The translations under genes were made by a program, and so were the position numbers. Below, piece after piece: positions 9,123 through 18,865 of a stretch of 64,000 nucleotides of DNA (positions are counted from its first letter, which is position 1; the number at the start of each line of letters is the position of its first letter). The DNA comes from a virus. The notes beneath the pieces are model-generated. The model searched no databases. It was not told the origin of the DNA and saw only the letters and a list, made by a program, of their open reading frames with translations. The stretch is from positions 96,001-160,000 of IMG/VR virus record IMGVR_UViG_3300032223_002232, one strand, 5' to 3'.

Positions 9123-9874
9123 GACAAGATATAGGAATAGCAATATTAGATGTTTACACACAAGACGATTTAACAGCTTGTGTTGCACATTTACCAAAAA
9201 CAGATAACATTATTATTGTATCTGATACAAAAAACACAATACCAAATGTGTTTAATGTTAAAAGATATGGTAATGGTGTACCATTTGCAACATTGAGGAA
9301 TTGGGCAATATCACAATTTAGAATACAATGTGATATTAAACATATATTTCTTGTAAGTACAAATCAAATAACAAAAGATACAACTATTTTTGATAAAGTT
9401 ATTAAAACAGCTGAAACATTTGGAACAAGAGTGATATTTGGACCAGAAGTTAGTGTGTTATCAATTGAAGATGATGAAAAAGGTATAGATTTAAATCTAT
9501 CTGAAAAAATCAATACTGATTTCATTTACATATCCAACGATGTTGTATCAGAAGTTGGATATTTTGATGAAAGGTTTTTTAATACTAAAACTTTGGACGT
9601 TTTAGATTATATTGAAAGGTTAAGAGAAAAAAAACTTCATACACCTACAGGATTTAACCCAATGATTGTTGGTGACATACAAACAACAAAATCTAAAATA
9701 CAAAAGTTAAATTATAAAGAAATGGATGATCATGATAAGACTGTTGATATGTCCTATGCTTACTTCTTACACAAGTATAGCTATATACCAACACAAAATG
9801 ATCCTAAACCAGTATCTAATGATGATTTAATGAAAACTTTGGAGGAATTACAAACAAATTATGGATCAAAGTAG
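9119..9874 (+). CDS. Degenerate GT-A/GT2-like protein lacking the acidic metal-binding motif
   Basis: Parallels the next ORF (IGIAIL, IIIVSD, GVPFATLRN, VGYFDERF) but has FLVSTN where the paralog has FTLEDD. Confidence 0.55.
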   Translation: MRQDIGIAILDVYTQDDLTACVAHLPKTDNIIIVSDTKNTIPNVFNVKRYGNGVPFATLRNWAISQFRIQCDIKHIFLVSTNQITKDTTIFDKVIKTAETFGTRVIFGPEVSVLSIEDDEKGIDLNLSEKINTDFIYISNDVVSEVGYFDERFFNTKTLDVLDYIERLREKKLHTPTGFNPMIVGDIQTTKSKIQKLNYKEMDDHDKTVDMSYAYFLHKYSYIPTQNDPKPVSNDDLMKTLEELQTNYGSK

Positions 9875-10646
9875 AATTGGCATAGGTATAATCACATGTA
9901 ATAGACCTGATTTCTTTTTTAAGTGCTACGAGTCTATTCCTAGCAAATATGCTGATGATATTGTCATTGTTAATGATGGTAAACCATTTGATTTTATTGG
10001 CAAAGGTCATTTTATTCAACATGAATCTAATAAAAACGTAGGTTATAGTAAAAATGAAGCTATGGCATATCTTTTAGATGTAGGATATGATTATATTTTT
10101 ACATTAGAAGATGATATTATTATAAAAGATAGAGATATCTTTGAGAAATACATTGATGCATCAAATAAAACAGGAATTCAACATTTTAATTTTGGTTTTT
10201 CACAAAGAGAGAACCTTGATCATAATTTAAAACCAGTTTATCGTAAAACTATTGATTACGGTGATGTAAAAATTGTTTTAGCTCCCAATATCCTTGGTGC
10301 TTTTACATTTTATACAAGACATGCTCTTCAAACTGTTGGATTACATCATAAAGACTTTAATAAAGGTCATGGTGATCATTTAGAACTCACATACAGGGCA
10401 GCTAAACATGGATTTACCACACCATTCTGGTGGTTTGCTGATCTTTATGGTAGTTGGGACATGATTGAGAATCAAAGTAACTTCACAACAGACTCTGTTG
10501 TTAGAAGTAAGAATTTTGAACAGAACTTTAATGAAGCTAGATCTATATTTAAACGTCTTCATGGATGCGATATATTTGAAATACCACAATCATCAGAACA
10601 AGAAGTTATAAACATTTTAAAGAAAATTAAAAATGAGAGAAATTAA
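9861..10646 (+). CDS. Glycosyltransferase family 2
   Basis: IGIITCNR, IVIVNDG, NVGYSKN, TLEDDI. Confidence 0.85.
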   Translation: MDQSRIGIGIITCNRPDFFFKCYESIPSKYADDIVIVNDGKPFDFIGKGHFIQHESNKNVGYSKNEAMAYLLDVGYDYIFTLEDDIIIKDRDIFEKYIDASNKTGIQHFNFGFSQRENLDHNLKPVYRKTIDYGDVKIVLAPNILGAFTFYTRHALQTVGLHHKDFNKGHGDHLELTYRAAKHGFTTPFWWFADLYGSWDMIENQSNFTTDSVVRSKNFEQNFNEARSIFKRLHGCDIFEIPQSSEQEVINILKKIKNERN

Positions 10647-11352
10647 CTTTATAAGTGAAACACATTTAGGGGATTGTATTTTTACCACTGATTTTTTAAA
10701 TAAAATGATTAAACTTGATGATAACATCAAAGTTAATTTTTATATTTTTGAAAAACACAAACATCAAGTCACAGAACTGATTGAAGATCATGATAGAATA
10801 CATGTTTTAAACTATTCAGATGCACCTGTAACTGCTAATAGAGCTTGGATGGCACAATATGGTCAAATTACGCAAATCCCTTTTGATTTTACCAAATTAA
10901 AAATGGATTTTTATGACATTCTTTGCAAAGAACTTAAATTGCCAAATCCATATAAAGATAAAATAGATTTATTATTTGATCATAAAGATTTAATTGGTAA
11001 GGATTATACTGCGGATATACTTTTACTCAATTCAGATCCACTTAGCAATCAATTAGGTGGTGGAAATTTAGATTGTAGTTCCTTTTTAGAGAAATTCAAA
11101 GATAAAAAGATTATAACAACTAAAAAAGTTGATGGATTCCCATGCACATTGGATTATAATTATTCAATCTTTGATATTGCAAATATTTCACTTGGTATAA
11201 GTAAAATCATTGGTGTTCATACTGGACCTTGGCACGTTATTATGAATAGAAAGAACTATAATATGGGTAAAAAGTTCTACTATATAGATAATAACTGCTG
11301 GTATACATATGATAACTGCATAAAAATAAAAGATTTAACCGTATTTAACTAA
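10633..11352 (+). CDS. GT9-like (heptosyltransferase-type) glycosyltransferase
   Basis: N-terminal HLGD and C-terminal IIGVHTGPWHV resembling the GT9 DSGPMH signature. Confidence 0.55.
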   Translation: MREINFISETHLGDCIFTTDFLNKMIKLDDNIKVNFYIFEKHKHQVTELIEDHDRIHVLNYSDAPVTANRAWMAQYGQITQIPFDFTKLKMDFYDILCKELKLPNPYKDKIDLLFDHKDLIGKDYTADILLLNSDPLSNQLGGGNLDCSSFLEKFKDKKIITTKKVDGFPCTLDYNYSIFDIANISLGISKIIGVHTGPWHVIMNRKNYNMGKKFYYIDNNCWYTYDNCIKIKDLTVFN

Positions 11353-11354
11353 TT

Positions 11355-12026
11355 ATGATCACATACTTCAACAAAAACTACTTGGATTATATCCTCTTAC
11401 AAAGAACAAGACTCACAACAGAGTATAAAGTTACAGCAGAAAGCAATGAAAGAGATATTTCATATGCATTATCAGTAATGGGTTATAGAGATCTTGAATT
11501 AATAAGTCCATTTCTTCCAAACAATAAAAATATTGATTACAATGTTTTAGATATTGGTTGTGGTCTTGGTGTTATAGATGTACTTCTAAGCAAACATTAT
11601 CCAAATGCAAATTTTTATTTGCAAGATAAGAGCGAAGAAATTGATTCTACAAAAAAATACAATGGTTTTAATGAAACATATCAATATTATAATAATATAG
11701 ATTTATTAAAAGAGTTTGTAACTAATAATGGTATTAAAAATTTTGAAATTATTGATGGTGCTAATTTATATGATACAAATTTAAAATTTGATGTAATAAT
11801 GTCATTACTTTCTTGTGGGTGGCACTATTCACTTTTAACTTATTTAGAATTTATTAAAACACATCTATCGGATGAAGGAATTTTAATTATTGATGTTAGA
11901 AATGAAACCGAAGAGGGATTACTTTATGAATATTTCCATAATGTTAATAGGATTTTCAATCCATACGAGAAAAGACATGATGGTGGCATAGTAGGTTATC
12001 GTTATGTTTGCACATTATTAAAGTAA
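11355..12026 (+). CDS. Class I SAM-dependent methyltransferase
   Basis: VLDIGCGLG, FDVIMS, LSDEGILIID. Confidence 0.85.
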   Translation: MITYFNKNYLDYILLQRTRLTTEYKVTAESNERDISYALSVMGYRDLELISPFLPNNKNIDYNVLDIGCGLGVIDVLLSKHYPNANFYLQDKSEEIDSTKKYNGFNETYQYYNNIDLLKEFVTNNGIKNFEIIDGANLYDTNLKFDVIMSLLSCGWHYSLLTYLEFIKTHLSDEGILIIDVRNETEEGLLYEYFHNVNRIFNPYEKRHDGGIVGYRYVCTLLK

Positions 12027-12982
12027 ACATGAAATATTTCATAGCTGGTAATGAAATACATTCAGATAAGAATCTTCAATCTGGACCATTAGAAAATTAT
12101 TATGAATTAGGGTTTGAATGTGTTTATACACATTTATTAGCCAAAAGATTCATAAATGATGGTACGTTAAATGTAAATGAAGATGTTGTTGTTACATGTG
12201 AAGGTAGAGAATTCTTTTATAACAACTATATTAAAACGATAACATGGAAAGAATTTGAAGAAATCAAATTAACTCAATTAACGACAACAATTAATGGTAC
12301 AGAATATCTTTTAAATAACATATTTAAAGAAACAGAGGTTTTCCATGATCTTTATATGGAAGGTAGTGCACCATTTGGTAAATTATTTAATCCAACTTTA
12401 CCTGAATCAGAAAATTACAACAATTATGTTAAAACTGGTACACCAAAGTACAAATACTTCCAAGAAGATTATGATTTAATTACAAATTTAAATTTTAATA
12501 AAGAATTAATTATACCTGATCAGAAATATATATGTTTTAATCGTAGATTTAGGAAACATAGAGAAGAATTTAATATGTCAAAAGACTATGCAGTTAAATT
12601 AATGCAAAATTTAATTGAAAAGTTCAATGTTAAAATTTATATCACAGGTTATCATAATGAAAAATTTGAAACTGTCATGGATAACGTTAAATGGGTAAAT
12701 CTTAGAGATTGGTGTACATTAATGAATCATGATAATTGTTTTGCAGCTGTACAAAACCAAACAGGCACAACTAACCTATCTCAGATAGCTGGAAAAGAAA
12801 GACTTTTAAATATTGTAATCAATAATGATGAAACAATGTTTACAAATCCGTTATATTTTAATGGAAGAAGACCAGATGTTCTTGGTAAAGCTGTTAATTT
12901 TAAAAAACTAAGAAATATTCTTTATAGAGGTGCTCAACCATCTATTGATGATATAGTTAAAAACATAGAACAATATGCTTGA
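12008..12982 (+). CDS. Hypothetical protein, possibly GT-B-like
   Basis: Within the GT cluster; C-terminal half loosely resembles the GT9 donor-binding domain; start probably ATG 12029. Confidence 0.45.
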   Translation: MHIIKVNMKYFIAGNEIHSDKNLQSGPLENYYELGFECVYTHLLAKRFINDGTLNVNEDVVVTCEGREFFYNNYIKTITWKEFEEIKLTQLTTTINGTEYLLNNIFKETEVFHDLYMEGSAPFGKLFNPTLPESENYNNYVKTGTPKYKYFQEDYDLITNLNFNKELIIPDQKYICFNRRFRKHREEFNMSKDYAVKLMQNLIEKFNVKIYITGYHNEKFETVMDNVKWVNLRDWCTLMNHDNCFAAVQNQTGTTNLSQIAGKERLLNIVINNDETMFTNPLYFNGRRPDVLGKAVNFKKLRNILYRGAQPSIDDIVKNIEQYA

Positions 12983-13709
12983 TTTAAAAAACGTTACTAT
13001 TGTATCTATTAATACTAGAGATCCTGAATTAAGCATTAAAGCTATTGAAAGATCATGCAAATATATTAATTTTGGAGAAAATTTATTGCTAACTGATAAA
13101 GATCTTAAACATGAGAATATAAAAATTGTAAAAATACCAACAATAAAGTCTTTAAAAGAGTATAGTTTATTTTGTATTAAAAATTTACATAATTATATTG
13201 ATACGGAACATTGTTTATTAGTGCAACCAGATGGATTTGTTACAAATCCTTTCATGTGGTCTGATGAATTCTTACATTATGATTATGTAGCTGCTCCTTG
13301 GGATAAACTTTTATCACAAAGAGGTCTTTGGATGTGTGGCATGTTAAATATGGATCTAGAAGCCGTTCCAATTATTATTGGTAATGGTGGATTTTCTTTA
13401 AGAAGTAAAAAATTCTTAAAAGAATCATCAAAATTAAATTTTAATATTGATTTACCAGAAGATGCATTTTTATGTATTAAAAGTAGAAAAACATTATTAG
13501 ATAGAGGTATAAAATTTGCACCACTTAGTGTTGCAAAAAGATTTTCACTTGAAAGTCCTATTGATTTAAATGAAAAAAATGTAACTCTTGATGCGCATTT
13601 TGGATTTCATGGTACACATGAATTCAAAAAACCACTTATGGATCTTTTAGATAACATTGAAAATGATGTTGAATCTGTTAAGTTAATCAAAAAGTTCTAT
13701 GAGTCTTGA
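12975..13709 (+). CDS. DUF5672-type GT-A-like protein
   Basis: LLVQPDG, YDYVAAPW, GNGGFSLRS, PEDAF, FGFHG. Confidence 0.8.
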   Translation: MLDLKNVTIVSINTRDPELSIKAIERSCKYINFGENLLLTDKDLKHENIKIVKIPTIKSLKEYSLFCIKNLHNYIDTEHCLLVQPDGFVTNPFMWSDEFLHYDYVAAPWDKLLSQRGLWMCGMLNMDLEAVPIIIGNGGFSLRSKKFLKESSKLNFNIDLPEDAFLCIKSRKTLLDRGIKFAPLSVAKRFSLESPIDLNEKNVTLDAHFGFHGTHEFKKPLMDLLDNIENDVESVKLIKKFYES

Positions 13710-14394
13710 TATAATATACAGATGTTGCAATGCAGAGATAAATCCACCATTTAAGTGGGTTAGACCACCTTGGTTTAATAAATTAGCATGTCTTAAATCA
13801 TTTTTAAAATCAGTAGACTCTAATAAATTTTATATAGGTAAAGTTATTTTTGTTCATGATGGTCCAAAAGGAGAACTTTATGATAATATTCCAAAAGAAT
13901 TTGAAATTATTTCAGTTGATTACAAAGATAATGAACTTAGTTTATTAGAAACATTCAAAGTTGCTGATAAATTAAAAAATAATGTTTATTTTGTGGAAGA
14001 TGATTATCTACATTTAAAACATTCTATTCAATATATTGCTCAAGGCGTCGAAAACTTTAAACTTGTCACTGGATATGATCATTTAGATCGTTATAAGCGA
14101 GACGATGATATAACTTTTGGTAAAGAACATATAGCTTTTTCTAAAAAAACTAATTGTCATTGGAGAACAGCAGAATCAACGTGCTGTACATGGGCAACTA
14201 CAAGAGAATTATGGCGTGGTGCGGTTGGAGATTTTGCAAAAACTTATAGATTACAAGATCGTCAATTATTTAGAGGTCTTTATAATCAACATAACATAAG
14301 ACTTTGGAATCCAATACCAGCAGTTACAACACAAGTTGATATAAATTTATCACCCGGTATTGATTGGGAAGCTTTTCAATCTAAATTAATTTAA
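13699..14394 (+). CDS. Glycosyltransferase (GT-A/GT2-like)
   Basis: IFVHDG and VYFVEDDYLH. Confidence 0.75.
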   Translation: MSLDIIYRCCNAEINPPFKWVRPPWFNKLACLKSFLKSVDSNKFYIGKVIFVHDGPKGELYDNIPKEFEIISVDYKDNELSLLETFKVADKLKNNVYFVEDDYLHLKHSIQYIAQGVENFKLVTGYDHLDRYKRDDDITFGKEHIAFSKKTNCHWRTAESTCCTWATTRELWRGAVGDFAKTYRLQDRQLFRGLYNQHNIRLWNPIPAVTTQVDINLSPGIDWEAFQSKLI

Positions 14395-14395
14395 T

Positions 14396-15115
14396 ATGGA
14401 TAATATTACTCATTCAGTTTGGGTAGGTTTAAATGATCTTTCTTTGATGGAAAGATTAACTTTATCTTTATTGGTAAAAAATGGTTACAATCCAATTCTT
14501 TGGTGCAACAATGAATTAAAAAATGTACCAAAAGGTGTAACTTTAAAACAAATACCTAAAGATATTATTCAACCAATAGGATATAGGGGGAAACCAAATA
14601 ATACTTTTAATGGTGGTATTGGTTCTTATGCTCTTTGGGCTGATTATTTTTCATTTTATACATTATACATGGAAGGTGGGTTATGGGTTCAAATGGATGT
14701 TGCAATAACAAAACCAATTGTAAATGAAAAAGAATATTGGTTTAATCCTTGGGCAAATGGTGTTGGTGTTATGGTATTAAAAATGCCAAAAGGTAATATT
14801 ATCTGTAAAGATATATTAAATAGAATACATCCTCATGTTTTAAATGGGTTTGAAAGTTCATATTGGGAAGTAACAATGGAATTATTATCATTTTTGATTA
14901 AAAAATATGATATTCTAGATCAATCATATATATTTGGTGACGAATATATTGATTGTGGTGGGAATCCCAATTCAATTTTTAGAAATCCCTCTGATAAGAA
15001 CTATCAAATAATACATTGGTCGAATGCATCACATATTACAGAAAAAAATAATCCAATAGTTAGTAGTGAATATCATAGATTATGTCTTGAATGTGGTTTA
15101 TTAGATAATAAATAA
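14396..15115 (+). CDS. GT32/capsular-synthesis-like glycosyltransferase with degenerate DxD
   Basis: HSVWVG, ADYF..YTLYMEGGLWVQMDV, IHWSN. Confidence 0.65.
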   Translation: MDNITHSVWVGLNDLSLMERLTLSLLVKNGYNPILWCNNELKNVPKGVTLKQIPKDIIQPIGYRGKPNNTFNGGIGSYALWADYFSFYTLYMEGGLWVQMDVAITKPIVNEKEYWFNPWANGVGVMVLKMPKGNIICKDILNRIHPHVLNGFESSYWEVTMELLSFLIKKYDILDQSYIFGDEYIDCGGNPNSIFRNPSDKNYQIIHWSNASHITEKNNPIVSSEYHRLCLECGLLDNK

Positions 15116-15119
15116 GAAA

Positions 15120-15665
15120 ATGAGCATAGAAGAACTATATATTCAGAATAAAGAAAACCCTTCCGATATAAATGAGCATCTAGAGACTCTTTATAAGTAC
15201 GCTAAAGAGTGTAATACCATTGCAGAATTTGGTCTTAGATGGGTTTGTAGTTCATACGCTCTAGCTCATGCTAGACCACAAAAATTAATTTGTGTTGATA
15301 TCAATAATCATGGAAACGTTGACAGTTTTATTGAATTATGTAAGATGGAAAATATAAATGCAGTATTTCATCAAGCAGATACAAGAAATTATGAATTGGA
15401 AGAGGTTGATATGCTTTTTATAGACACTCTTCATACATTTGATCAGTTAACAAAAGAATTAGAAATACATCCACCAAAGGTAAAAAAATACATGATGTTT
15501 CACGATACTGTTTCATATGGTAATGTCGATGAAATGACAGGTCAAACTGGTGAAAATCATGGTTTAATACCAGCAATTAAAAACTTTTTAAAGAATAATC
15601 CACATTGGCAAGAGCTTGAAACTCATACAAACAACAACGGTTTAACCATTCTTAAAAGAGTATAA
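15120..15665 (+). CDS. SAM-dependent methyltransferase (Methyltransf_24-like)
   Basis: AEFGLR, DMLFIDTLHTF, FHDT, NNGLTIL. Confidence 0.82.
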   Translation: MSIEELYIQNKENPSDINEHLETLYKYAKECNTIAEFGLRWVCSSYALAHARPQKLICVDINNHGNVDSFIELCKMENINAVFHQADTRNYELEEVDMLFIDTLHTFDQLTKELEIHPPKVKKYMMFHDTVSYGNVDEMTGQTGENHGLIPAIKNFLKNNPHWQELETHTNNNGLTILKRV

Positions 15666-15672
15666 AAAAGAA

Positions 15673-15700
15673 TTGCAAGTTTCAATATTCTGTATACAAT
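15673..15700 (+). promoter_or_regulatory. sigma70-type promoter for gp46
   Basis: TTGCAA-16nt-TACAAT, 6 nt before GTG. Confidence 0.6.
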
Positions 15701-15706
15701 ATAGGC

Positions 15707-17503
15707 GTGAAGAATATTGTTTTTAGTAAAATAAAGATTCAAAACTTTCTATCTATTGGTGAAAATCCAATTGAAATTGATTTTATCAAAGGTGTAACCA
15801 TTATTACTGGTGAAAATAAAGATAAGGGTGGTAAAAATGGAATTGGTAAAAGTACTATAGCAGATGCATTATATTGGTGTCTGTTTGGTAATACTATTAG
15901 AGAGTTAAAGAAGGATAAGATTCAACATAATAAAAATAAAAAGGAATGTGAAGTAATATTACAATTTTCCGTATCAGATGGAAAGAATGTTACATCATAT
16001 ACAATTAAAAGAATTCTTGATCCAGCAAAAATAGAAATTTCATCTGGTGATAATGATTTAACTCTATCCACAATTCCCAAGAATGATGAATTTATTAAAG
16101 AATTAATTGGTGCTAATGAAGAAGTGTTTAATAATGCAGTTGTAATGTCATCAAACAATACAATCCCATTCATGGCTCAGAAAAAGACGGATAAAAGAAA
16201 ATTCATTGAAGGTATTCTTCAATTAAATATTTTTAGTGAGATGCTTCTTAAAACAAGAGCAGAATATAATGACATAAAAAAAGAAAATGATCTATTGAGT
16301 AACAATTTTGTCAATGAACAACGCATGTTATCAACATTAAATGATAATAAATCAAACTTTGATGATAGTAAATCATCACGCATTAGTATATTCTTAGAAA
16401 AAATTAAAAATACATCAGAACAGATAGATTTTTTAAATAAACAAAACATACCTGATGTTAAAACTATAAAAGATAATATTAAAAAGTTAGAAGATAAGAA
16501 AACTGAACTAGGCGAATCATTAAAAGAAACAAATAAGAAGATTATTGACATTGGTAAACAATATACGTCTATATATGACAAGCTAAGAGATGCAAAAAAT
16601 GATAAGAAAAAGATTTTAGATAAAGGTAATACTTGTCCAACTTGTAATAGGTTATATTGTGAAGACGATTTAGATCATGTTGCAAAAGAAATTGAAAAAT
16701 TAGATAAAATTATTAATGATAATCAACCTATTTATGATGATTTAATTGAAACTAAGAAAGAAAATGAAACTCTTGGTAGTAAGATCGTTGATAAAATTGA
16801 AAAAGTAAAGGATATGATAAAGGATCTAAATGATGATATAACCAAAGCATCACTTCATGATCAAAAAATTAAAACTTTAACTGAAAAGATTACTGAATAT
16901 AGAGAAAATATTCGTGAAATTGAAACAGAAACGTTTAAAGATGATAGTAAGATTACGGAATGTGAAGATAACATTAAAAAGATAGAGAAAAATCTTAAAA
17001 AGATTAAAAAAGACATGGCAGTTTTAGATTCCGTTAAGTTTATTGTATCGGAAGAAGGTGTTAAGACTTATATTGTTAAAAAAATCATTAATGTTCTTAA
17101 TACTCGTCTTAACTATTATCTTAAAACTCTTGATGCTCCATGTAAATGTGAGTTTGATGAGATGTTTGAAGAGATTATCTACAATGATCAAGGTAAAGAG
17201 TGTTCATATTTTAATTTTAGCGGTGGAGAACGTAAAAGAATTGATACAGCAATACTTTTTACATTCCAAGATATCATGAGATGTCATTCTGGAACATCAT
17301 ATTCACTTAACATTTACGATGAATTATTTGATTGTGCATTAGATACAAAGGGAACTGATAAAATACTTCAGATTTTAAAAGAAAAGGTTGAAAAATACAA
17401 TGAATCAGTGTATATTATAAGTCACAAATCAAACGATTTAAGTAACATTGATAATGTAATCTTTTTAGAAAAAGAAAATGGTGTTACAAAAATTAAAACT
17501 TGA
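15707..17503 (+). CDS. gp46: gp46 recombination ATPase (Rad50/SbcC-like)
   Basis: NFLSIG, NGIGKST, CPTC zinc hook, coiled coils, FSGGE, DELFD, ISH. Confidence 0.95.
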   Translation: MKNIVFSKIKIQNFLSIGENPIEIDFIKGVTIITGENKDKGGKNGIGKSTIADALYWCLFGNTIRELKKDKIQHNKNKKECEVILQFSVSDGKNVTSYTIKRILDPAKIEISSGDNDLTLSTIPKNDEFIKELIGANEEVFNNAVVMSSNNTIPFMAQKKTDKRKFIEGILQLNIFSEMLLKTRAEYNDIKKENDLLSNNFVNEQRMLSTLNDNKSNFDDSKSSRISIFLEKIKNTSEQIDFLNKQNIPDVKTIKDNIKKLEDKKTELGESLKETNKKIIDIGKQYTSIYDKLRDAKNDKKKILDKGNTCPTCNRLYCEDDLDHVAKEIEKLDKIINDNQPIYDDLIETKKENETLGSKIVDKIEKVKDMIKDLNDDITKASLHDQKIKTLTEKITEYRENIREIETETFKDDSKITECEDNIKKIEKNLKKIKKDMAVLDSVKFIVSEEGVKTYIVKKIINVLNTRLNYYLKTLDAPCKCEFDEMFEEIIYNDQGKECSYFNFSGGERKRIDTAILFTFQDIMRCHSGTSYSLNIYDELFDCALDTKGTDKILQILKEKVEKYNESVYIISHKSNDLSNIDNVIFLEKENGVTKIKT

Positions 17504-17532
17504 ATTGTTAAACAATTTTTCTAAATTTACAT

Positions 17533-18834
17533 ATGGCATTAAAAATAAAAGACAACAAAAAAGATAATAATTTTGTATTTGCATACAATCCAATTGCCAC
17601 AACAATTCCAAACCCCCCACCAGCACTTCCTGTTGGAATGCCGACATATAGTTACGCTGGTTTAAACCCAATTTCTGCACCAAAAACACCAGATCTAGTA
17701 ATGCCAGAACAAGGATTACCTAGAGCAATTAATTATTATGCCGATTATGGTGGTTGTGGATATTGGAGAATGATTTGGCCTGAGTTTGCGCTCAACCAAT
17801 ACAATAAAGCTTGTATTTCTGGTTTAACTCAAATGATTTTAGACATTAGATTCTATCAAGGTATTAAAACCATTAGATTCCAGAGGCAAGCTACACCTAT
17901 TCAGAGAGATTTTGTAAAGGAATTAAGAAAAGCAAGTGAACAAATGGGCTTTAAATTAATGTATGAAGTCGATGATATCGTCTTCAAAGAAGATATTCCT
18001 GACTATAATCGTTGTAAGGATGCATTTGTTGATGATACTATTATTAATAGCATTCTTGAGATCATGGGGATGATGGATGAGATTACAGTCACATGTAAAT
18101 ACATGAAAGACTATTATATTGAAAAGACAGGTAATAAAAATATTACAGTTATTCCAAATTATCCACCTAAATTCTGGTTAGATCGTTTTTATAACAAAGA
18201 ACGTGTTGCCAAACTATATGATCAATATAAGAAACGTCCAAGAATTCTTTATTCTGGATCTGGAACACATATAGACGTTCTTAATAGAACAGGAATGAAT
18301 GATGATTTCAAACATGTTACCGATGCAATCATCAAAGCTCGTAAGAAATTCAAGTTTGTTTGGAAGGGATGCTTCCCGATGGCATTGAAACCATATATTG
18401 ATAATGGCGAAATGGAGTTTATTGATTGGTCACCTCTTCCAGATTATCCACAAGGTCTTGTTGACACAAATTGTAACGCTTCATTTGCACCATTGATTGA
18501 TAATGTGTTCAATAGATCAAAGAGTAACATTAAAATTGTTGAAGCTGGTGCTTTAGGTATGCCCGGAGTGTATCAAGACATGTGTACATATGAAGATGCT
18601 GATTTAAAATTCAAATCAGGTGATGATTTAATTCAACAACTTGAGCATTTAACATCTGATTTTGATAGGTACATGGATTTTTCAAGTAAAGCTAGAACAT
18701 TTACAGAGGGATTATGGTTAGAGGATCATTTAGATGAATATCAAGCACTTTACTTTACGGATTTTGGATCAAAAGAAAGAAAAGAGATGGCTCCTAATCT
18801 TATAAAGAACAATCCTGATCAAGATATTGCTTGA
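17533..18834 (+). CDS. GT-B (GT4-like) glycosyltransferase adjacent to DNA polymerase
   Basis: DYGGCGYWR, YEVDD, VIPN, APLIDNVFNRSKSNIKIVEAGALG. Confidence 0.8.
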   Translation: MALKIKDNKKDNNFVFAYNPIATTIPNPPPALPVGMPTYSYAGLNPISAPKTPDLVMPEQGLPRAINYYADYGGCGYWRMIWPEFALNQYNKACISGLTQMILDIRFYQGIKTIRFQRQATPIQRDFVKELRKASEQMGFKLMYEVDDIVFKEDIPDYNRCKDAFVDDTIINSILEIMGMMDEITVTCKYMKDYYIEKTGNKNITVIPNYPPKFWLDRFYNKERVAKLYDQYKKRPRILYSGSGTHIDVLNRTGMNDDFKHVTDAIIKARKKFKFVWKGCFPMALKPYIDNGEMEFIDWSPLPDYPQGLVDTNCNASFAPLIDNVFNRSKSNIKIVEAGALGMPGVYQDMCTYEDADLKFKSGDDLIQQLEHLTSDFDRYMDFSSKARTFTEGLWLEDHLDEYQALYFTDFGSKERKEMAPNLIKNNPDQDIA

Positions 18835-18859
18835 TTAGTACACCATATTGGTACATAAT
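18831..18859 (+). promoter_or_regulatory. sigma70-type promoter for DNA polymerase
   Basis: TTGATT-17nt-CATAAT, 6 nt before ATG 18866. Confidence 0.6.
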
Positions 18860-18865
18860 TGGGTA

